A stretch of DNA of 63,230 bases, the filler included, from Octopus bimaculoides (taxonomy: Eukaryota), in the NCBI RefSeq assembly GCF_001194135.2. It is 6 parts of 6 records of this genome, joined end to end, with 100 filler letters (N's around TTAATTAATTAA, not from the genome) between each part and the next. Parts side by side here need not be neighbours in the genome. Positions count along the whole stretch, not along the records: positions 1 to 20,419 come from NC_068986.1; positions 20,520 to 36,216 come from NC_068983.1; 4 more parts are not named here. One strand, given 5' to 3'. Shown piece after piece: positions 11,480 through 21,538 of the stretch. The position numbers and the translations under genes are program-made. The stretch's first letter is position 1. Each line of letters starts with the position of its first letter. The notes under the pieces were generated by a model, which did no database searches, had not been told where the DNA came from, and saw only the letters and a program-made list of their open reading frames with translations.

Positions 11480-12452
11480 TCATCATCGCTGTTTAACATC
11501 CTATTCCATGCTGGCATGGGTTGGATGGTTTGACTGAGGTCTGGCAAGCCAGAAGGCTGCACCAGGCTCCAATCTGATCTGGCAAAGTTTCTACAGCTGG
11601 ATGCCCTTCCTAACACCAACCACTCCGAGAGTGTAGTGGGTGCTTTTTACGTGCCACTGGCACAAAGGCCAGTCAGGCGGTACTGGCATCAACCACGCTT
11701 GAATAGTGCTTTTTATGCGCCTAAGCTTCTTTTAGTTTCCATCTACCAAATCCACTCACAAGGCATTGGTAGAAAGCACTTTAGTAGAAAGCACTGAATC
11801 TGGAACCATGTGGTTGAGAAGCAAGCTTCTCATCACACAGCCATGCCTGTGTCTATTCATTTATTCTTTTAAGTGTTTCAGCTTTAAAGGTGCGGTCATG
11901 CTGGGGCACCACTGTTGTGCTGTGTATATAACAAGTAAACAACCTCGTGAGCATCGTACATCAATATCTCCACGCCTCCTTGCAACCAAGCATATAAACT
12001 GCTGACCCAGTTTTCTTATAATAAACACAGATATAAAGCAGGCCACACCCACTTATAATTATCTCAAACATTCCTCCTTTGTTTATATTCTTATTTCTGT
12101 GTTTGGCAATTTCTAAAATACTTTTCTATGATGTTTTTTTCTTGCAGTGTCTAGTTACTTCCCTTTTACATGTTTACTTCAAGCCCTGCCATCATTTAAC
12201 TTTGTTTTTATCGCTGCCAACCCATCACAGGAAGCAATTCAACCAACTTAGTCAACTTTATCATTCCTCCCACCCGTAATTATTTTATCACTCCTGGAGG
12301 GGTGAAAATTACGTTAACCTTGGCAAGATTTGAACTGAGTGTAAAGAGATAAAGCTTTATCTTTAGAGTTCAAATTGTGCCTAGGTTAAAATTTCCTCTC
12401 TTCTTTGTTGGGGTTGATAAAAGAAGTAGCAGTCAAGTGCTAGGTATCCATT

Positions 12453-12818
12453 TGTTGTTGTTGGCACTCCGTCGCTTACGACGTCGAGGGTTCCAGTTGA
12501 TCCGATCAACGGAACAGCCTGCTCGTGAAATTAACGTGCAAGTGGCTGAGCACTCCACAGACATGTGTACCCTTAACGTAGTTCTCGGGGATATTCAGTG
12601 TGACAAGGCTGACCCTTTGAATTACAGGCACAACAGAAACAGGAAGTAAGAGCGAGAGAAAGTTGTGGTGAAAGAGTACAGCAGGGTTCACCATCATCCC
12701 CTGCCGGAGCTAGGTGTTTTCGCTCAATAAACACTCACAACGCCCTGTCTGGGAATCGAAACCACGATCCTATGACCGCGTGTCCGCTGCCCTAACCACT
12801 GGGCCATTACGCCTCCAC
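12453..12818 (-). mobile_element. SINE family D (tRNA-derived head, (AAC)n tail)
   Basis: A box TGGCCCAGTGG and B box GGTTTCGATTCCC on the minus strand. Near-identical copies lie at 49589-49978 and 53640-54223. Confidence 0.88.
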
Positions 12819-13311
12819 AGGTATCCATTAAATTAACTGTAACACACCCATTAACTCTGAGGTCATGCGGGTTATGTAATGAATTATCATTAGTAAGGGG
12901 GTGAGGTGGCAGAATTGTTAGCACACCAGGTGAAATGCTTAGTGGTATTTCGTCTGTCTTTATGTTCTGAGTTCAAATGCTGCCAGGGTTGACTTTGCCC
13001 TTCATTTTTTTGGGATCGATGTAATTGACTGACTCCTTTCCCACCAACTTTTAAGCCTGGTACCTGTAGTACAAAGGATTATTATTATTGTTAGTATTAT
13101 TGTCTGTATTATTTCTGAGTTCAGATTCCATGGAGATCAAATGAATTTTTATCCTTCCAGTGTGAATAAACTAAGTAATAGTCAAGAACTGGAGTTTACT
13201 GGAATTGAATTGTTGGTTGAAATTGCTTCCTGTAAATTTTATGCCACTCTACTGCTACTACTACAATAATAATAATTGATAATAATAATAATGATGATGA
13301 TAATAATAATG

Positions 13312-13365
<54 letters not shown>

Positions 13366-13757
13366 GATCTTGAAATAGAAATTAGCAAAATGTGGAATCT
13401 GAAGACGAAAACAATACCTATTGTCATAGGTGCCCTGGGAATGACAGCGAAACGGGCTGATTACTACCTAGCTCAGATACCAGGAAACCCCAAAATGGCT
13501 GAAGTTCAAAAGATAGTGCTCATAGGAACTGCCCATATCCTACGTAAAATACTGTCTATGTGATCTCAAATTTTAAATCAAACACATAATTTTCTTATGG
13601 TTTCTTAAACATTCTCTAGAACAACACTATGTACAAATCCAAATATATGGTACCCTAGGCATAACACCTACATGAACTTCTAACTTGTTGTCTCTTGAGG
13701 TCTCTGGGTGAGACTTGGATCCAACTTGTACAAATGCAAAGCAAAAGTCAAACATAA
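13366..13757 (+). mobile_element. 5'-truncated R4/Dong-like LINE 3' end
   Basis: DLEIEISKMWNLKTKTIPIVIGALG...EVQKIVLIGTAHILRKIL* resembles the C-terminus of a restriction-like-endonuclease LINE. Both sides are flanked by (AAT)n (13264-13365, 13758-13790). Confidence 0.8.
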
Positions 13758-13795
<38 letters not shown>

Positions 13796-14707
13796 CAACA
13801 AATTCCCTGATGCAGTACCAGACAGTAGCATACATGCATACATAATACATACATACATACATACACACAAACAAAAATACCCTGTTGTTGTTGAAATTCC
13901 AATGAAGGAGGCTTGGATCTAGGTTAGAAACTGATGGTTTCTCTATGGCAAGAAATCTTGATATAAAACTGAATAATCTTTTCTACTCTGGGCACAGGAC
14001 CCGGAATTTGGGGCGAGGGTGCCAGTCGATTAGATTGACCCCAGTACGAAACTGATACTTAATTCATCAAACCCAAAATGGTGAAAGGCAAAGTTTACCT
14101 TGGCAGAATTTGAAAATAAAATTGAATAATGACATACCTATGTATATAAACACATGAGTGAGTGGACGAACAATAGAAGCAACACATTTAGTAGGAATTA
14201 TACTGATTATAATTTAAAACGGTTTGGTCCAGCCCCATGTCAAATCAAACTGTTTGAAATATTTTAAGTAATGATATGTATATTATATTTCGTGTCAGTG
14301 GCATGTAAAAGTACCCACTACACTCTTGGAGTGGTTGGCGTTAGGAAGGGCATCCAGCTGTAGAAACTCTACCAAATCAGATTGGAGCCTGGTGTAGCCA
14401 TCTGGTTCACCAGTCCTCTGTCAAATTGTTCAAGCCATGCCAGCATGGAAAGCGGACGTTAAACAATGATGATGATGATGATGATGATGATATAGATATG
14501 ATGGACTTACACAGCTTCCGTTTACTAAATTCACTCACGAGGTGTTAATTAGTCTGGGACTATAGTTGTAGTCTCTTGCCCAAGGTGCTGCACTGTGGGA
14601 ATTGAACCTAAAACCACATGGTTGCAAAGCCAGCTTCTTAACCATACAGCCAACTTGTATTCTTATTAAATTTTTTAATGATTTTATTCTTTATTTTCAT
14701 TTATCAG

Positions 14708-15476
14708 AAAACAAACCAAAACCAAGCGAAAACTACACAAAAAAACATGAGTTGCCACCAGAAACTGATTTTACTACTGTTACCATTCTTGTCTCTGTTA
14801 ATGTCATTGATTTGATTCAAAGAACACAAGAAGAATAGTGATGCAAACATGGAGGAAAATTGTAACACAGTTTCAGTCGATTCTGCTTCAGCTTCCAAAA
14901 GTCCTTCCCTAACAGAGTGGCATGACATGGATATATATGACACCATCCCTGCTCGTTATCAAGAATGTAATGCTCTTTGTGATGCTACTCTTTCTAATTC
15001 TTGTGAAGATCCTGGTTCTTTGACTTTAGTAGGCTTTTCTGATAATGAGAACATTGATTCACAACCTTCAGAATGTTTGACCAGTGTTCAGACTGAATAT
15101 GAAACAGCCGATCAGGATGAAGAAAGCATTTATGCAGTACCAATTCTCTGTGACGGACAACCATACACATCACCTCCTCTGAAACACAGCCAAAGCGAAA
15201 GCACATGTCTGAATATTACAAGTGTGCAGAACACAAATTCAGATTTTGATTACTATGGTAAAAGTTTTTACAATACTTCTAAAGAAGCATTGAGTTTACA
15301 GCCACTATTGGATGATGATGTTGTTAGTATTCAGGCAGAGAATTTGTATGAAACTTTAAACATAAAAAGTAAACAGCCTCCTAGCCTAACTCCAGAGAAA
15401 CACAATGGAAATTTACGGAAAAGGATTTTTAGGAGAAAGAAGCCGAATAAGAAATGGAATATTTTCAGACGATCAG
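14708..15476 (+). CDS. large exon encoding an acidic, Tyr-motif-rich region with a basic patch (coding at least 14849-15476; product unknown)
   Basis: Strong acceptor ttttcatttatcAG at 14707 and consensus donor CAG/GTGAGT at 15477. The 209-codon unique open frame contains DIYDTI, TEYETA, SIYAVP, NLYETL and RKRIFRRKKPNKKW. Confidence 0.75.
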
Positions 15477-15534
15477 GTGAGTGGTTTGATTTTATTGTTC
15501 TTATAATGATAACGAATATTAATATTCTTTTTCT

Positions 15535-15905
15535 TCTTCACAATTCCACTGAGGTCAGCTTTGCCTTTCATCCTTTCAGGGCTGATAAAATAAGTACCAG
15601 TTAAGCACTGGAGTCAATGTAATCAACTCGCCCCACTCTCCTGAACTTCTTGACCTTGTGCTAAAATTTGAAACCAATATTCTTCTTCTTAAAGATGGCG
15701 AGCTGGCAGAAATGTTAGCAAGCTGGGTAAAATGCATAGCAGTATTTTGTCTGTCTTTACTGTCTGAGTTCAAATTCCACTGAGGTCGACTTTGCTTTCA
15801 TCCTTTCGGGGTCAATAAATTAAGTACCAATTGCATACTGGGGTCAATCTAATTGACTGAACCCTTCCCCCAAAATTTCGGGCCTTGTGCCTACAGTAGA
15901 AAAGA
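15535..15905 (+). mobile_element. two tandem SINE family B copies
   Basis: The Nin/Deu-like motif occurs twice, and the second copy has a full head at ~15692. Confidence 0.8.
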
Positions 15906-15914
15906 ATATTCTTC

Positions 15915-16260
15915 TTCTTAATTCCTTTGATTCTCTGTGGAACGTAGAACACAACCAAGACATCTCTATTCACTTTGCTCTTTGGCAATGGATTGCAGTT
16001 GTCCCCAGGTGTAGCTGCCTACCAGTACTTCAGTTTCTGTAGACCTTCTCAATGTTGCTTTTGGTTTGCCGTGCTTCTATCTCTCTTGGGTTGTCTATCA
16101 GAAGGCTTGCTTCATAATTTTGGAAATAGGTTACTGAGGCCTGTCTCAGCCAACCCTATTTCATCCTCTTGATATGGGTCTTCATAGGTTGCAGATTGAC
16201 CTATTCCTTCAATGCTTTGAGTCTGTCTTGCCATCTCACCTGAGGGTTGTTCCAGAGATG
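15915..16260 (-). mobile_element. RTE-like LINE 3' end relic
   Basis: Minus-strand translation GKPKATLRRSTETE...TWGQLQSIAKEQSE*RCL..VLRST resembles RTE ORF2 C-termini. Confidence 0.55.
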
Positions 16261-16337
16261 TCTATATAATGGTGATATAATAAGAAAATATTGGTAATAT
16301 AATGTAAATATAATAATAATAATAGTATAATGATTCT

Positions 16338-16385
<48 letters not shown>

Positions 16386-16569
16386 TAATGCTCCCCAGCT
16401 TACCAGTTTTCAGTCAAACCGTCTGACCCATGCCAGCATGGACAGTGGACATTAAATGATGATGATGATGGTGATAGAGGATTTCATTTCATTCACTACA
16501 TCTTCTGTTATGGACACATTGGTTAGTCCACATTGGTTAGTCCACATTGGTTAGTCTACATTACTCTAG

Positions 16570-16802
16570 ATGGAGCGCAAGGCCAGTTTCCCGGTTTCTC
16601 TGGCAGATATATTCCTCACTTGACAGGACACCTGTCCATTTCCATTTCAGGATTACCCCTTTTTACCAGCCGAGCGAAAAGGGGCATTGTGAAATGAAGT
16701 GTATTACCCAAGAACACAACTTATTGCCTAGCCCAGAAATCGAAACCACAATCTTATGATAACGAGTCCAACATCTTTACCACTAAGCTATGTGTCTCCA
16801 CA
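16570..16802 (-). mobile_element. SINE family F (tRNA head + CORE-like body)
   Basis: tRNA-like head followed by tgtgttcttgggtaatacacttcattt. A related copy lies at 45828-46060 (+). Confidence 0.6.
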
Positions 16803-17175
16803 ATGTACTCCATAACCTAAGTAAAAGTAAATAGTAAGGCCATGGGTGGAATATTTTTGATTGTAGGTTTATCTGACTTGGGTTTACCCAGAATCAAACA
16901 ACAACAAAAGCAACTGCGACAAGAAATTATCAAATGCATTTATAACTTTACAATTCATTGATCTCAAACAAAATTAAGAAATGAAGAGTAAATACTAAGC
17001 AAGAAAACCAGTTAAAACCAGTTTAATTTTTCCTTTTTTCTTTGCCAACTATTTCTTGTATATTTGTTTGTTTATTCTATTATTGTTTGTATTTTAGAAC
17101 TCATTGAATATTTATCTGTCTGTCCATTCATCTCTGTCATGGTCCTATTTCTTTGTCTCTTTGCTGCTCCCCTCA

Positions 17176-17214
<39 letters not shown>

Positions 17215-17347
17215 TATAGTTTTAGGGAAAAGAACCAAGGTTAATGAACTCATCGATGAAAATCCACTGTTACATATTTTTTATTTTTTATTTTTTATAA
17301 ATTGATTTTAATTGAGTTTTTACCTGTAATTTTGGATTTTGTCCCTG

Positions 17348-17392
<45 letters not shown>

Positions 17393-17697
17393 TATGAAGG
17401 GCTTCTTTCAGCCAAATCCACTCACAAGTCTTTGGTTGGCCCAAAACTATAGTAGAAGACACTCGCCCAAGGTGCCATGCAGTGGGACTGAACCTAGAAC
17501 CATGTGGTTGGGAAGTAAGCTTCTTACCACATAGTTGTGCCTGTTCTCTCCATTCTTTTCCTCTCATCCCTTTCTGTTGAAGAGCATCAGCTCAAAACAA
17601 CAAAAACTTTTCCATTCTTTCTGAGCATCAAATTGATAACCCTGCTTATTGTTCCCTCACTGTCTTTGCCTCTTGTTTTCTGTAAAGTTGAACTATA

Positions 17698-18616
17698 TAT
17701 TGGGTCATCCCATAAACAATGCGGGTTTTTTATACTTCTTTTATTTTCCAAAATCAAGATGAACAAAGTTTTTTTTTAATCTAAAAATATACTCTCCTTC
17801 AATTTCTACAATGCTCTTCCATCTTTCTGGTAGACTTGCAAGGCCCCTCTTCCAAAATTCACTTGTCCATAATGAAAAATATTCCTCCAGTACTGTTTTG
17901 ACTTTGTCTACAGAATTCATGCTTTTACCATCCAAATGATTTTGAAGACTGCAGAATAAATGATAATCAGATGGGGCAATGTCCAACAAATATGGTAGGT
18001 GGGGCATTGTTTCCCATTCAGACTAGTCCAGCTTTTGGAATGTCATCCCCACTGTATGTGGCCGAGCATTATCTTGATGGAAGAACACCTTTCGTTTTGA
18101 AACCAAAGATGGTTGTTTTCCTTCTGGCGCTGATTTGAATGACCAAATCCAAGCTTCTCTGCTAGTTCCTCAACAGTTACAATGGAATTTTGCTCCACCA
18201 GGGTTTGCAGGATGTCCTCGTTGAGCTCTACAAATCTTCCAGAACGAGGCTTGTCTTCTAGGCTGCAGTTTTCAGCTCAGAATTTCTGGAACCACCATTG
18301 ACACTATCTTACACTTATTGTCTGATCCCCATATACTGCATTAATATTCATCACACTTTCTGTTGCATTTTTGCCTTTATTGGACTCACAAAGCAAAATA
18401 TGCCAAATATGCTTCTTTGTCACTTCCATTATAACTTTGAAAAAAATAACTGTTAAAATCAAACTGAACTCTTCAAAACTTGCACTAAAAATAAATGCAA
18501 GGTAAAATTACTACCCGCTTCTATAGTAAGTTGATGCAGGTAGTTTATCCTGTTCTTACTCCGACTCTTAATTCATGCACTTAAAAAATCCACATTATTT
18601 ATGGGATGCATCAATA
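17698..18616 (-). mobile_element. internally deleted mariner (DD34D) element
   Basis: ~33-bp TIRs (TATTGGGTCATCCCATAAACAATGCGG / CCACATTATTTATGGGATGCATCAATA) with TA flanks. Motifs LEDKPRSGR (HTH), HQDNARPH, PHLPYLLDIAPSDYHLF and LPERW. Confidence 0.92.
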
Positions 18617-20463
18617 CATATGTACATGAGGATGAATTTTCTCATCATGGACAACAAATGGGGGTTCAGTAAAATAAAGCTGTAATCATGTCTTATGGAC
18701 ATGAATCACTTGAAGCTTGGTGGTGCTTTGCAAATTCTTTGGCAAAGAAAACAGGTTTAGGGCTCAGTTTGCTTGAGTGCTTGTGGATCATTTACTATGT
18801 GTTTTCTTGAGTGGACAACGAGGCTTGCTTTGCTTCATTCCACAATACCACGATGATAGGCAAAACTTCAACAAATAGAATAGCAAATGATCAGCTAAGA
18901 GAGTAAAGACAGTGTTATAATAAAACCACAAGTCTTATGAAATATGAAATAAAGCTAACCACGGAAACTCTAGTTAGCTGCATTTAAGGTCAGTGGTTTT
19001 CATTGTAACATTATATATATATATATCATCATCATCATCATCATCATTTAACGTTCGTTTTCCAAGCTAGCATGGGTTGGACAATTTGACTGAGGACTGG
19101 TGAACCAGTGTAGTGGGTGCTTTTACGTGCCACCGGCACAAGGGCCAGTAAGGCAGTACTGGCAACGGCCACGCTCAAAATGGTGTTTTTTACGTGCCCC
19201 CTGCACAGGAGCCAGTCCAATGTTTTGTTCACATGCCACCGGCACGAGTGCCAGTAAGGTGAAGCTGGAAACAGTCACGCTCAAATGGTGCTTTTTACGT
19301 GCCACCGGCATGGCAGTGAGACCGCTGTTCTGGCAGTGATCCCGCTCGGATGGTGCTGTTAGCACTACGCTGGCATGGGTGTCAGTCATCGAATTTGGTT
19401 CAGTTTCAATCTCACTTGTCCCAACAGGTCTTCACAAGCTGAGTTTAGTGTTCAATGAAGGAAGGTTGGCATGGGTGCCAGTCATCGAATTTGGTTCAAT
19501 TTCGATTTCAATTTCACTTGCCTCAACAGGTCTTTGCAAGCAGGGTTTTGTGTCCAAAGAAGGAAAGGTACACATAAGTGGGCTGGCTACACCCTTAGTA
19601 AAGGCCACAGGTTATGGTCTCACTTGTCTTGCCTGGGTCTTGTCACACACAGCATATTTCCAAAGGTCATATAAATATATANNNNNNNNNNNNNNNNNNN
19701 NNNNNNNNNNNNNNNNNNNNNNNNNNNNNNNNNNNNNNNNNNNNNNNNNNNNNNNNNNNNNNNNNNNNNNNNNNNCACACATACAAACATACATACAAAT
19801 ACACACACACAGACACACAGACAAAACATGTATAGACTCATATATTTAAACATAGATCTATGTCTGTCCAAAGTATTCATAAATATTCTTCTAACCTGTA
19901 GCTAGCTGTGGGAGTTTATTGTTTTAATTTTCTAAGTAATTTAATAAGTTTCTTTTTCTTTGCTAAATACCTGCACCAACAGCAATTTACTGACTGATTT
20001 ATATGTCAAATATAACAAAAAGCATAAAAGCAGACAAGAAGGAGTGGAAGCTAAAAAAGAAGGAAAGAAAGAGAAGAAGGACATGAATCAGAAATAAGAA
20101 CTATTTAAATATATTTAAGTTGTGACACTTTCAACAAACATAATGAAAGTTTCACACATTCACTTGAGATCAACTGCTTGTAATGAAAAGGTGTTAGTTG
20201 GTATTGTTGTACTTGTTTAACTGCAGGTCAGCCTTGTTTAAATAGATAGCGTATTGGTCAACGGTGTCATCTTCTCTTTTCTTTCCTTTCCTCTTTCTTC
20301 TTCTTCTTCTTCTTCTTCTTCTTCTTCTTCTTCTTCCTCTTCCTCCTCCTCTTCCTCCTCCTCTTCCTCCTCTTCCTCCTCCTCTTCCTCCTCCTCTTCC
20401 TCCTCCTCTTCCTCCTCCTNNNNNNNNNNNNNNNNNNNNNNNNNNNNNNNNNNNNNNNNNNNN

Positions 20464-20475
20464 TTAATTAATTAA
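20464..20475. other. artificial scaffold spacer TTAATTAATTAA within a 100-bp gap
   Basis: An identical N44-TTAATTAATTAA-N44 block also occurs at 36261, 48751, 54480 and 60455. It contains stops in all six frames. Confidence 0.95.
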
Positions 20476-21145
20476 NNNNNNNNNNNNNNNNNNNNNNNNN
20501 NNNNNNNNNNNNNNNNNNNATATATATATAAAATAAGTAGAGTTAGCGGTTGGAACAACCGTCTAAGGGATAAGAACTATATCCGTTCTTACTACCGGTA
20601 TCAATTACCTGTTAAACCTGGGCATGGGTATGCAAGCCCACTGTAATCACAGGGTACAGGTAATAACAGAATAAACAAGGGTTTATCAGGAATCAAATTT
20701 ATAATAATCAGAAAATGGAGAAAACTTTTGATCATCAAACAAACAAATTGACCAACATTGGTTAATTATTTTTTAATACAAAAACTTAAAATTGCTTACA
20801 GCCGTTTCAGCTACCAATGTCAGTCGGTGTCTCCAGAGAAAATTCCGAAAATAATATTCATCTTTATAGCACATCCGATCTAGTACATGGAGCTCTATTA
20901 GAATGAATACAAATACATAAAATAAAAGAAGGGAAGATTGAAGAGGAAAGAACAGGGCCTCGAGATGAGGCAAGAGGGCTCAATAAATTAGAATCATACA
21001 ATTTTGCAGAGTAAGGCTTGAAGCCGATGGGCAAAATAGTAAACTAGCAAACAATCTAGAAAAATAACTGGTAGGTTTATTTGTTTTTATAGGGGTACCA
21101 GGATGTATACATAATAGTAAAATAAAACTAGTGGTTAAATAAACA

Positions 21146-21538
21146 GGACATATTTATATTTAGATGATGATAATACGAAAAAATTCTCACGTCACTTTAT
21201 AAAACTAATGACTCCTAAATTTAGGACAGCAGTTCATGATTTACAGGAAGTATTAACTAAATTTAATTCACTTCACTATTTGATTGATACTTATAATATC
21301 GATTTCAAATTTTGGCACAAGGCCAGCAATTTCAGGAGAGGGTGTAAGTCATTTCCATCGACCCCAGTGGTACTGGTACTTACTTATTTTATCGACTCCA
21401 AAGGGATGAAAGGTAAAGTCGACATCGGCAACGATTCTGCCAGCTCACTGCCTTTTTGCTACCTATACCATCGACTCTAGAGGGATGAAATAAAAAAAGT
21501 CAATTCTGGTTGGATTTGATTCCAGAACCTAAATGGAC
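21146..21538 (+). repeat. local segmental duplication, copy 1 (copy 2 at 23371-23853)
   Basis: Both copies share non-SINE flanks plus the embedded minus-strand SINE B. Copy 1 lacks ~60-80 nt of the SINE. Confidence 0.85.

Noticed and set aside
18700-18905. Minus-strand candidate exon with a good acceptor
   Set aside because: All three frames contain stops and no clear donor was found.
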